Positions 1-8,060 of a stretch of 61,644 nucleotides of DNA are shown piece by piece; within the stretch, counting starts at the first letter, position 1, and each line of letters starts with the position of its first letter. The stretch lies in the IMG/VR virus record IMGVR_UViG_3300037424_000754, positions 1 through 61,644 of that record; one strand, given 5' to 3'. The stretch comes from a virus (taxonomy: Duplodnaviria > Caudoviricetes). The notes below the pieces were generated by a model. The model was not told the origin of the DNA and did no database searches. It was given only the letters and a program-made list of their open reading frames with translations. A program made the position numbers and the translations under genes.

Positions 1-127
1 GCTCTCCTGGAGGAGAAAAAGCTCGGCACCATAGGAGGAACCGAAGCAAGCATCATCGCCCTGGAGCACGCCGGAGTAAAGCCCAAGTTCGGCCGCACGG
101 CGTTTGGCGTGTGGAGTCAGATGATGG
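1..127. repeat. Terminal direct repeat, copy 1 (circular assembly overlap)
   Basis: 1-127 is identical to 61518-61644; 127 is a common assembler k-mer length. Confidence 0.95.
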
Positions 128-981
128 GCCTAACCCCTCCCGGAGCCGCGGACAATGATCGCATGGAAATGGGACGGCTCATGGAGGAGCCCCTGGCGGT
201 CCGGTTCCAACGCAGGACCGGCCTGTCCACGATCAAGATCCCGATGTTGATACATCCAAATCATGAATGGGTGACAGGCCACTTGGATAGAGGCGTCCTG
301 GGGCCAGACAGAATGACCCCGCAAGGCGACCTGGAGATCAAGACGGTAGGATACTATCAAGATCGAGATTTAGAATGGTCTAACCCTGAGCAGGGCGAAA
401 TGAACAAAGTCCCGCTCGATTACCTGTTGCAGGCAATTTGGTACTTAGGTATCCCCAGGGACGCAGCGCCGGCTTTTGAGCGTGATCTGTACATAGCTGC
501 GCAGTTTGACTTCCAGGCCTTCCGGATCTACCGCTGGGAGGCTTCCCCGCAGTTTCGTACTCTCTGGAAGAGAATGTTTGAGGCGTGCCAGGAGTTCCGC
601 GAAAAGCACGTCCTTACCGGTGATCCCCCTCCGGCGGTCTCCCTTGGAGATCAAAAGCGATGGCTCGACTGGAAGTATCCAGTGGCGGGGAAAGAGATTC
701 TGACGGGCGATGCTCGGACCGTTGAGCTAGCTAAAGCCTACAAGGAAGCGGCCCGGAAGGAGAAGCTAGCGAAAACAGAGAAGGAGGGCCTAGGCGTAGA
801 GCTTGGCAAACTCATAGGCGCGGCTTACGGTATCAAGGCAGAAGCCCAAGGTATCACAGCCTCGATCCATAGACCGTCGCTAACAGAAGCTAAGATCAGC
901 TATGTACGGAAAGCGTTCCGTAGCATCCATGTAAGCGTAAAGGGCGAGGCAGATGATGACGACGGTGTAGCCGGAGGATGA
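1..981 (+). CDS. YqaJ/lambda-exonuclease-family recombination nuclease (3' part; begins at ATG 61473 and reads across the junction, about 341 aa)
   Basis: Frame continuous over the junction; N-terminal IGGTEAS, GRLMEE, HLDR..LEIKT, YLLQAIWYLG motifs; adjacent to RecT. Confidence 0.85.
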   Translation, partial: ALLEEKKLGTIGGTEASIIALEHAGVKPKFGRTAFGVWSQMMGLTPPGAADNDRMEMGRLMEEPLAVRFQRRTGLSTIKIPMLIHPNHEWVTGHLDRGVLGPDRMTPQGDLEIKTVGYYQDRDLEWSNPEQGEMNKVPLDYLLQAIWYLGIPRDAAPAFERDLYIAAQFDFQAFRIYRWEASPQFRTLWKRMFEACQEFREKHVLTGDPPPAVSLGDQKRWLDWKYPVAGKEILTGDARTVELAKAYKEAARKEKLAKTEKEGLGVELGKLIGAAYGIKAEAQGITASIHRPSLTEAKISYVRKAFRSIHVSVKGEADDDDGVAGG

Positions 982-982
982 G

Positions 983-1846
983 ATGGCAGATCCGAGAGCG
1001 ATACAAAAAGCAGGAGAGCAGACGGCGCTAGCGTTCATCCAGTCGCATAGGGCCGACTTCATCAGGGTGATCCCGAAGCACTTGACGCCCGAGCGGCTGC
1101 TAAGGATCGCGGAAAGCTCAATTCGCCGTAGCCCGGACATCGCCATATGCACGCCCGCGTCGATCGTTAGGTCAGTCATGGAGGCATCGATCCTCGGCCT
1201 GGAGCCTGGCGTGCTTGGGGACGGATGGCTGATTGCGTACAATGTGAGCGTAAAGCAGGGCGGAGACTGGCATAAGGTGAAGGAGTGCCAATTCCAGCCA
1301 GGCTACCAGGGTCTTACAAAGCTCGCCATTCAGTCGAAGTCCGTGGCGAGCATCAACGTGGGCGCGGTCTACGCAGACGACGTTCTGGATTATGCGCTTG
1401 GGTCTAGCCCGTACCTGAAACATCGTCCTAGCCTGGCCGTGAGGGCTGTCGATACCAAGGCAATCCTCTACTATTGCGCCATCAAACTGGTCAGCGGCGG
1501 CAAGCAGCTAACAGTCATGTCGCTCGCGGATGTCGAGCGCATTCGTCAGATGAGCATGTCCAAGAACAGTGACAGGTCGCCGTGGAGTAAGCACTTCGAG
1601 CAAATGGGAATCAAGACCGTCGTAAAGCGGGCCCTGAAGATGGTTCCCAAGAGCCCGGAGGTATCGCGCGGGATCGCCATGGATGATCGCCGAGAGATAG
1701 GGGAGTCTTCCAAGGATCTGTTTGTTCCCGACCTTCTTCCGGAACACATACCAGGAGAGGAGGCGCAAGAGGAGAAGGATGCGGTACAGGCGGCGGTAGA
1801 TTTACTAGGAGCGGAAGAGGCGGAGTCACCGGGCGAGAAGCCCTAA
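983..1846 (+). CDS. recT: RecT-family single-strand annealing protein
   Basis: PKHLTPERL, CTPASI, LGLEPG, FQPGYQGL, SPW..HFEQMGIKTVVKR motifs. Confidence 0.92.
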   Translation: MADPRAIQKAGEQTALAFIQSHRADFIRVIPKHLTPERLLRIAESSIRRSPDIAICTPASIVRSVMEASILGLEPGVLGDGWLIAYNVSVKQGGDWHKVKECQFQPGYQGLTKLAIQSKSVASINVGAVYADDVLDYALGSSPYLKHRPSLAVRAVDTKAILYYCAIKLVSGGKQLTVMSLADVERIRQMSMSKNSDRSPWSKHFEQMGIKTVVKRALKMVPKSPEVSRGIAMDDRREIGESSKDLFVPDLLPEHIPGEEAQEEKDAVQAAVDLLGAEEAESPGEKP

Positions 1847-1870
1847 CGCAACGCAATAGCGAGGCAGTCA

Positions 1871-2101
1871 ATGGCAGATCAGATGGTTTTCGAGCACCAG
1901 TTGAAGTTGCAGACGAGCGCGTGGGCGGTTTCCAAGGCAGAGGAACTGCTGCAATACCTGTCGGACGGAGACCGAGAATACTTGATCTCTCGGCTCCATG
2001 GTACGGCGGGCGCTCCACAGGTCGTGCGTGAGACCAAGAAGCGCGGACCCAGGAAGGACAAGGCAGAGACCAAGAAGCCCGAGAAGCCCGAGAAGAAGTA
2101 G
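1871..2101 (+). CDS. Hypothetical protein, basic C-terminus
   Basis: GAGG RBS, operon packing. Confidence 0.6.
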   Translation: MADQMVFEHQLKLQTSAWAVSKAEELLQYLSDGDREYLISRLHGTAGAPQVVRETKKRGPRKDKAETKKPEKPEKK

Positions 2102-2113
2102 GGAGGCCCGCGA

Positions 2114-2611
2114 ATGGCCCGCAAGGACAAGACGAAGGAGAAGATTTACCGCATCCTACGGCGAGAGACTAGGAGACTCCCCGTTAAGCTAACGGAAGCC
2201 GAGGTCATGGCTGCCGCAAAGCGGCTTGGGGCGATCGATGCGGAGCAAGAGGGCGCAGAGGGCGAGGTTGAGGGATACAAGAGCACGATCAAGGGATTGA
2301 ACGTGCGGCTCGAAACGCTCGCCTGTGAGGCCCGCCGCACGGCCCGCGCCATCCGCACGGGGGTGGAGGAGCGGGACGTAGAGGTCACGTGGGAGGCCAA
2401 CACCAAGACCGGAGTCGTTCAGGAGGTGCGGCAGGACACTCACGAGGTCATCCATGAACGCAAGATGACCGGAGACGAGAGCCAGGGCGTTCTGTTCCAG
2501 GAGAACGTGGATAACATCCTTCACGAGGAGCCGGAGCAGAGCGATCTTGATGAGACGTACCCGAAGGAACCGAAAAAGCTACCACCATCAGAGGATGAAA
2601 CAAAACCGTAA
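2114..2611 (+). CDS. Hypothetical coiled-coil protein
   Basis: GGAGG RBS; TAATG overlap with next gene. Confidence 0.7.
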   Translation: MARKDKTKEKIYRILRRETRRLPVKLTEAEVMAAAKRLGAIDAEQEGAEGEVEGYKSTIKGLNVRLETLACEARRTARAIRTGVEERDVEVTWEANTKTGVVQEVRQDTHEVIHERKMTGDESQGVLFQENVDNILHEEPEQSDLDETYPKEPKKLPPSEDETKP

Positions 2612-2862
2612 TGAGAGTGGCTTTCGTAGAGCGCGGGTCGCCTGGGCTGAGCATTTGGGTCTCTGAGTCGGCCAGGGAAATCCACGGCAACAGGTTCGAG
2701 GCCGCCGGATACGTGGCTCACGCTGACGGTCTATGCGCACTCCAGGCATCCGCGCTCTTCGAGTTCTATGGCGTAGGGCATATCGTTGAGTACGAGTGTA
2801 TGGTAGACGTTAAGGATTGGCTGGAGTGCGAAGACCTCCCGGCCACAACCAAGGAACCCTAA
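2611..2862 (+). CDS. Hypothetical protein
   Basis: Coupled by TAATG overlaps on both sides. Confidence 0.6.
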   Translation: MRVAFVERGSPGLSIWVSESAREIHGNRFEAAGYVAHADGLCALQASALFEFYGVGHIVEYECMVDVKDWLECEDLPATTKEP

Positions 2863-3053
2863 TGCTATTCAAGATGAGGGTGAGGCATGGGCATCATGTC
2901 CATGTAGATGTGTTTCGCCTGTACCCGGAGGGCCAGGGCGGAGCGCTGAACGGCACCCTGGTGTTTACGCCTGGCGAGTTCGTCGCTTTTCGAGCCATCC
3001 TGGCAGGCGGATCAGGAGAGCATGAGCACGGCATCGTGATCTCGGAGGAGTAA
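2862..3053 (+). CDS. Hypothetical protein (MLFKMRV...)
   Basis: TAATG overlap at 2860-2864. Confidence 0.55.
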   Translation: MLFKMRVRHGHHVHVDVFRLYPEGQGGALNGTLVFTPGEFVAFRAILAGGSGEHEHGIVISEE

Positions 3054-3061
3054 TCAAAGTC

Positions 3062-3211
3062 ATGAGCGATCTACCTATCAACGTCCGTAAGCTACTGGTC
3101 AAGATCCCCGATCCATTACTCAGGTGGCAGATCGAAAAAGCGATCCTGGCGATGGTCGCAACACGGGCTCGCCAGGAAGCGGGAGCCGACAACAGCCAGA
3201 GGGAACCATGA
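3062..3211 (+). CDS. Small hypothetical protein, 49 aa (not in ORF track)
   Basis: GGAG upstream; ATGA overlap with next gene. Confidence 0.5.
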   Translation: MSDLPINVRKLLVKIPDPLLRWQIEKAILAMVATRARQEAGADNSQREP

Positions 3212-3612
3212 ACGTCTATGTCGCAGGCCGATTTACAAGGAAGGTCGAGGTCAAAAGGGCCCAAGCGCTACTGGTGGCATACGGGCATACGATTTCGGCC
3301 GACTGGACTATGGATAGCGTAGATGGGCTAATGGGAGAGGAGCGGCTTGCGCGGCTTGCGCAGTCGGCAGCGAAAGACCTGGGGGGCGTGAGGCGCGCCG
3401 ACGCGATCCTTGTTCTTCATGATGACACCGGACGCGGCCTATTCGTGGAGCTTGGCATAGCATTGGCTGACCCTAAGAAGCTGGTGTGCGTCGTCGGCGG
3501 CCAGCGCGGATCGCACCCCCAGGGGTGCATCTTCTATTACTTGCCGCATTGCCGACACTTCTGCACGCTAGAGGGCGCAGTCAAGTTTATCACTCAGGCC
3601 GAAAGACCTTGA
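3208..3612 (+). CDS. Nucleoside 2-deoxyribosyltransferase / nucleotide N-hydrolase-like protein
   Basis: VYVAG, DLGGVRRADAILV, GLFVELGIALA motifs; start set at ATG 3208. Confidence 0.7.
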   Translation: MNVYVAGRFTRKVEVKRAQALLVAYGHTISADWTMDSVDGLMGEERLARLAQSAAKDLGGVRRADAILVLHDDTGRGLFVELGIALADPKKLVCVVGGQRGSHPQGCIFYYLPHCRHFCTLEGAVKFITQAERP

Positions 3613-3618
3613 TACCGT

Positions 3619-4338
3619 ATGAGCCATGAGATTAGGTTTGGCGACTGCCTTGACCCTGCGATCGGCCTTGCGTCGCTGGCGGACGGGAGCGTAGATCATG
3701 TGATCTCGGATCCTCCATACGAAGCGGAGGCACACACCCAGCAACGTCGAGTCAAGCACGGCGGCGGCGGGTTGGAAATGGAGCCGCTCCTTTTCGAGCC
3801 CATGTCCCACGAAACACGGATCGAGAGCGCACGGCAAATCGCGCGCGTTGTGCGTAGATGGGCGATCGTCTTCTGCCAGGTCGAGGCAGCGATGGAATGG
3901 GCATGCGCACTCACCAAGGCCGGGCTTGTCTATCGACGCACAGGCATCTGGGTGAAACCAGACGGCATGCCTCAGTACAGCGGGGATAGACCGGGGATGG
4001 GCTACGAGTCAATCGTCATATCCCACGCTCCAGGTAGCTCTACCTGGAACGGGGGCGGGCGGCACGGCGTATGGACGTTTAACAAGATCGGTGAGTTCGA
4101 CCGTAATCGCACAGGCCACCAAACCCAGAAACCACTCGCGCTTATGGAGGCCCTGGTCCGCGACTTCACGGATGAGGGTGAACTCGTTCTGGACCCCTTC
4201 GCCGGCAGCGGCACTACCGGCGTCGCGTGCAAGCGGCTCGGGCGGCGGTTCATCGGATGGGAACGGGATCCGGCGCATCATGCCGTCGCCGAGAAGCGGA
4301 TCGCCGGTACCCGGGAACAGATGCGCATGTTCGAGTGA
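3619..4338 (+). CDS. N4/N6 DNA methyltransferase (beta class)
   Basis: SDPPY, HQTQKP, VLDPFAGSGTT motifs. Confidence 0.92.
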   Translation: MSHEIRFGDCLDPAIGLASLADGSVDHVISDPPYEAEAHTQQRRVKHGGGGLEMEPLLFEPMSHETRIESARQIARVVRRWAIVFCQVEAAMEWACALTKAGLVYRRTGIWVKPDGMPQYSGDRPGMGYESIVISHAPGSSTWNGGGRHGVWTFNKIGEFDRNRTGHQTQKPLALMEALVRDFTDEGELVLDPFAGSGTTGVACKRLGRRFIGWERDPAHHAVAEKRIAGTREQMRMFE

Positions 4339-4378
4339 CCATACATGGCACTACAACACGCAAGCCTCCTGCTCTGAC

Positions 4379-4407
4379 TTGACTTGTCCCGGCGACAAGG
4401 CTATCCT
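4379..4407 (+). promoter_or_regulatory. Sigma70-like promoter
   Basis: TTGACT-17-TATCCT. Confidence 0.55.
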
Positions 4408-4429
4408 GTTTCTGGAAGGAGGGGCTAAA

Positions 4430-4690
4430 ATGACGCGCAAGAGCACGAAGAAGACCGCTGCGGGATCATGCCCGCCGATCGACATCCGGGACCGAACCAT
4501 GGCGCTCTCCGGCGGGGCCCGCATCACCACGACCTCTGGGACGTTTGGCATGATCCTAAGCGTCCGGAGCGGCGGGCGGAATGTCTGGACGGCGGTCATG
4601 TTGTCGCCGCGCGAGACCTTGGCGCTCGCCCGGATGCTGATTGAGTCGGCGGACGACATGCTGCCCGGTAAGCGAGCGGACGCCCCTTGA
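4430..4690 (+). CDS. Hypothetical protein (MTRKSTKK...)
   Basis: AGGAGG RBS, upstream promoter. Confidence 0.6.
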   Translation: MTRKSTKKTAAGSCPPIDIRDRTMALSGGARITTTSGTFGMILSVRSGGRNVWTAVMLSPRETLALARMLIESADDMLPGKRADAP

Positions 4691-4715
4691 CACTGTAGCA
4701 AGGCTATGCCATATT
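4687..4715 (+). promoter_or_regulatory. Sigma70-like early promoter
   Basis: TTGACA-17-CATATT. Confidence 0.6.
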
Positions 4716-4818
4716 ACAGGCGAAAGGGAAGATAGCTAGCCGGCTCCGATAGCAGATACCCGCAACGGTGGCAGTAAGCACGGACCATCAAGGCTAGGCA
4801 AACCAAAAAGGATTTCAC

Positions 4819-5016
4819 ATGAATACCGTAGAATGTCAGTGTGAGCATGAGGCGCACTTTGACCCCGTCAAGCGGACCCCAGATGGTAACCCGGGACACA
4901 GGTACGGCGCTCGGTTCACGGGCTACTTCATGGTGCAGGTCAGGTCGGAACGTCTTTGTCCGGACTGCGCGGCAGATTGTCGCGCCGGGACGAGGGATGG
5001 GTCAGTAGCGAAGTAA
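4819..5016 (+). CDS. Small Cys/His zinc-finger-like protein
   Basis: CQCEHEAH...CPDC; AAGGA RBS. Confidence 0.55.
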   Translation: MNTVECQCEHEAHFDPVKRTPDGNPGHRYGARFTGYFMVQVRSERLCPDCAADCRAGTRDGSVAK

Positions 5017-5047
5017 AGCGAAAACACTCTAACAAAGGGATATAGTT

Positions 5048-6175
5048 ATGGCAAACCTAACACAGGCAAGCAAGCAGTGGTCATCCCGTCCAGACGATGA
5101 GCGTTTCGTGGGGCTCTACCCGCTCCGGGATCAGATGTTGGCGTGGCGCGACACCTCGCGCTCCATGGTCGTGAGCAACAGGGACGTGCAGGCCGTTCCA
5201 GTGGAAGACACGGATCACAAGGGGCTGGTGCTGAATGTCCAGAGGCGCGGCCTGCCTAGCGCAACGGCGTTTTCTCCGTACGAGGCCATCCCGACGCATT
5301 GGGCCTTCGGCCAGCTTTGCCAGCGAGCCGGTGCTCCGTCTGGCTATCTCCGAACCCTGCCCGCCGAGATGGCGGCCGACTGCATCAATTTCGGCCTCCA
5401 GATGCGCGACGTGGACGAGCTTGGCGTGCTCACGCGAGAGAACGGCAGCCTGACCGCTGCCGCGGTTACCGGCCCCAACTACGGCCGGGTGTGGAACCTG
5501 GACGTGGTCAAGGCCCTGATCGGCCGATTCGGGGATGGGCTCACGGGTGACTTCCGAGTCCCGGGCGAGTTCGGCAAGGGCGTCGAGATCACCAAGAAGA
5601 ACACCACGATCTACGCGAGCGACCGTGACATGTTCGTTTTCTTGGCGGACGAGGATCACCGCATCGAGATGCCGAACCGGCGCTTCGGAGAGCCCGGCAG
5701 CTTCGCCCGCGGGTTCTTCGTCTGGAACAGCGAAGTGGGCGCCGCGACCCTGGGCGTCGGGACGTTCCTGTTCGATTACGTGTGCCAGAACAGGATCATC
5801 TGGGGAGCCGAAGGCTATCGCGAGATCAAGCTCCGTCACACCTCGGGCGCTCCGCACCGATTCGTCGAGGAGGTCGCTCCGGCCCTGGAGAAGTACGCGC
5901 AGTCCAGCACTGAGCCGATCACGGCGGCCCTCCAGGCTGCACGCAAGGAGCGGATCGGGGAGCCCGACAAGGTCACGGAGTTCCTGGCGAAGCGCTTCAC
6001 GAAGAGCCAGGCCGTGGCAATCCAGGAGGCTCACGAGACGGACGAGGGCGGGCCGATCGAGACCGTCTGGGACGCCGTCACGGGAGCAACCGCCTACGCT
6101 CGGCACATCTACTGGACCGACGAGCGGGTCAAGGTGGAGAGAGAGGCCGGGAAGATGCTGGATGAAGCACTGTAA
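5048..6175 (+). CDS. DUF932/DUF945-family protein
   Basis: QWSSRPDDERF, THWAFGQLC, YASDRDMFVFL, RGFFVWNSEVG, VCQNRIIWG, RHT motifs. Confidence 0.8.
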   Translation: MANLTQASKQWSSRPDDERFVGLYPLRDQMLAWRDTSRSMVVSNRDVQAVPVEDTDHKGLVLNVQRRGLPSATAFSPYEAIPTHWAFGQLCQRAGAPSGYLRTLPAEMAADCINFGLQMRDVDELGVLTRENGSLTAAAVTGPNYGRVWNLDVVKALIGRFGDGLTGDFRVPGEFGKGVEITKKNTTIYASDRDMFVFLADEDHRIEMPNRRFGEPGSFARGFFVWNSEVGAATLGVGTFLFDYVCQNRIIWGAEGYREIKLRHTSGAPHRFVEEVAPALEKYAQSSTEPITAALQAARKERIGEPDKVTEFLAKRFTKSQAVAIQEAHETDEGGPIETVWDAVTGATAYARHIYWTDERVKVEREAGKMLDEAL

Positions 6176-6238
6176 GGCGAAACGGGGCAATTTGCCCCGT
6201 CGCGCGGGGACGGGCTGCCGCGCCTGACGAGCCAGCCC
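6176..6238 (+). ncRNA. Type II hammerhead ribozyme
   Basis: GGC-GAAAC-GGGGCAA/T/TTGCCCC-GTC-GCGCGG/loop/CCGCGC-CTGACGA-GCC; loop GGGCT pairs with 3' AGCCC; predicted cleavage after C6201. Confidence 0.88.
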
Positions 6239-6255
6239 AGGGAAAGGGTAGTACC

Positions 6256-6441
6256 ATGAACTGCATGTCGCGCATCATCTGCCTGCGGGAGTTTTTCGGG
6301 ATGAAGGACGGACAGAAGCTGGTGGAGTTCAGCGCGGAGATCAAGGCGCTGTCGGAGCCGGAGAAGGAGTACCTGGCGACCACCGCGAAGGCGGAGATGA
6401 TCCGGCGCGGCTCGCACAAGCCGGAAGACTTCGGGTTCTAG
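6256..6441 (+). CDS. Small hypothetical protein, 61 aa
   Basis: Purine-rich RBS, strong GC3 codon bias. Confidence 0.7.
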   Translation: MNCMSRIICLREFFGMKDGQKLVEFSAEIKALSEPEKEYLATTAKAEMIRRGSHKPEDFGF

Positions 6442-6454
6442 GGACGAGGGGCGA

Positions 6455-6751
6455 AGACGGGCTAGGCCAAATCAAACGACCCGGGGCCGTGAGAGTCGGC
6501 CTAATCCTAAACGCAGCGTCAGCCTGGGAGAATCCAATCATCGGCGGGGCATACTAAAGCCGCCTGTTGCCTAAATCATCGGCAGGATACCCAGAGCATG
6601 AAAACCTAATCGTCGCGAATGGCTATCATAAGCCAGGGCGGCCAAAAAATCGTTATGCCGCTCCACAAGCCGGCGGGGCTCCGGTAAAATGGCCCCTGAG
6701 CGTAGGCAGTATTGCAGTGCCCGGGAGTGTCCTACGCCACTCCCGGCTTTT
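6455..6751 (+). ncRNA. Candidate structured ncRNA with repeated AAUC motifs
   Basis: Several nested stems, eight (A/T)ATC motifs mostly in unpaired regions, no credible ORF. Confidence 0.5.
6721..6751 (+). terminator. Rho-independent terminator
   Basis: CCGGGAGTG-8nt-CACTCCCGG then CTTTT. Confidence 0.7.
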
Positions 6752-6772
6752 AGCGGATACTAAAGGAGCAAA

Positions 6773-7411
6773 ATGGAAAGGGTAATAAAGTCCATGCCAG
6801 CGGCCAAGGCGATCGGCCTAGGGATCGGCAAGATCCTGAAGCGCTTCCCGCCCGAGGTCTCGATCGACGACGAGTCGCACGACTGGATGGTTCTTCAGGA
6901 TGAAGTAACAAAGATCCGGAAGAGGTCTGGCATGACGAGAAGCTTAAGGAAGACCACAAGGATTGGCCTAGACCAATTCCTGGTGCCGCGAGTCACGGTG
7001 ACCAGCCAGGTCCCGTCTCTATCGGAGCAGAGGTTGGCGAGCATGGAAAGCGAGCTAACCCAACTGCGCAAGAGGCTGACCTATCAGGCCCTCTCCGAGC
7101 GCTACGAACCTGATCCCGTCCGGCTTGGTTTTGGACCAGGCCGCCCGCTTCCGGCCGATCCCTGTGCTGTCTACGACTATCTGATCGGAATGATGCTCCT
7201 ATGCCGCATGCATCACAAGGATCCCGGAGGCAGAAAGGACAGGATCGCGCTAATCGAGCGCAGGGAAGGCGAGTACCTGGTGGGCCAGCAAGTCGGGAGC
7301 CGTGTTTCGGAATTCAGGGTGAAGGGCAGTACACTCACGCGGTACATGGGGCATAATTACATCATCATTCGCCGTCCGGGAGAATCTCGAATCTGGATCA
7401 GGGGGGAATAG
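6773..7411 (+). CDS. Hypothetical protein
   Basis: AAGGAG RBS, 212 aa. Confidence 0.7.
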   Translation: MERVIKSMPAAKAIGLGIGKILKRFPPEVSIDDESHDWMVLQDEVTKIRKRSGMTRSLRKTTRIGLDQFLVPRVTVTSQVPSLSEQRLASMESELTQLRKRLTYQALSERYEPDPVRLGFGPGRPLPADPCAVYDYLIGMMLLCRMHHKDPGGRKDRIALIERREGEYLVGQQVGSRVSEFRVKGSTLTRYMGHNYIIIRRPGESRIWIRGE

Positions 7412-7413
7412 TC

Positions 7414-7659
7414 ATGACCAGCAAAGAGCAAATGCATGCATGGAAGATGTTGGCCTTGGAGCCGCTAGAGCACTCGGCCAAGTCCCATCACCAGAAGTAC
7501 GAAATCGGCCAATCAGAGCGATACACCGGAGAGCTAAGGATAGCCCTCCATGACGCGATCATGGCGATCGAGTATCAAGAACACCTGCTGGACCTACTGG
7601 ATGAAGTCATGAGCCAGTCCAGGGACGCGCATCGTCCGAACCCAGACGTTCGACACTAG
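7414..7659 (+). CDS. Hypothetical protein (last + strand gene)
   Basis: Packed after previous gene; converges on 7662. Confidence 0.6.
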   Translation: MTSKEQMHAWKMLALEPLEHSAKSHHQKYEIGQSERYTGELRIALHDAIMAIEYQEHLLDLLDEVMSQSRDAHRPNPDVRH

Positions 7660-7661
7660 GA

Positions 7662-8051
7662 CTAGCGTCCGGACCAGTGGCCCACGATCCGTAGCGTGGC
7701 TATTACGCCCGCGCCAAAGGCAGGCACAACGATTCGGATACGGGGAGGAATCGGGGCCGGCAGGCCGCCCAGATACGTGGTGGCACCCGTTTGAGCGAGC
7801 GCCGCACCCCCAACCCCCACGCCCCATCCAATGACGATGGGGGTTGAGCTAGTACCGGACGCGAAAGCAACTAGCTGGCCGGTGCCAAGGTCCGGATCAA
7901 AAAGCTGGACGTTAGCGGAGGTCATGGCAGCGCTCGGGCTGACCTGGATTATGATCGCATCTATCGGCCCCGCCATCGGGAAGTTGAGCGCTCCAGTGTC
8001 GATCGCCGTGTTGGCTGCTCCGGTGATCTCGTAGACTTCTGCGGACGGCAT
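7662..8051 (-). CDS. Small beta-rich putative virion protein
   Basis: GGAGG RBS; end of late operon. Confidence 0.55.
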   Translation of the reverse strand: MPSAEVYEITGAANTAIDTGALNFPMAGPIDAIIIQVSPSAAMTSANVQLFDPDLGTGQLVAFASGTSSTPIVIGWGVGVGGAALAQTGATTYLGGLPAPIPPRIRIVVPAFGAGVIATLRIVGHWSGR

Positions 8052-8060
8052 ATGACCTCC

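Noticed and set aside
1-127. Biological direct terminal repeat
   Set aside because: The length matches an assembler k-mer and it falls mid-gene, so it is most likely a circularisation overlap
5081-6227. Long antisense (369 aa) and shifted-frame (230 aa) ORFs over DUF932
   Set aside because: Expected shadows of strong GC3 codon bias; no recognisable motifs
6721-6751. HDV-like/theta ribozyme (GTG-TCCTACGC-CAC resembles P3/L3)
   Set aside because: No P2, P1.1 or J4/2 elements; it is a continuous hairpin
6442-6772. CRISPR array or type III antitoxin tandem repeats
   Set aside because: No regularly spaced long direct repeats, only short motifs
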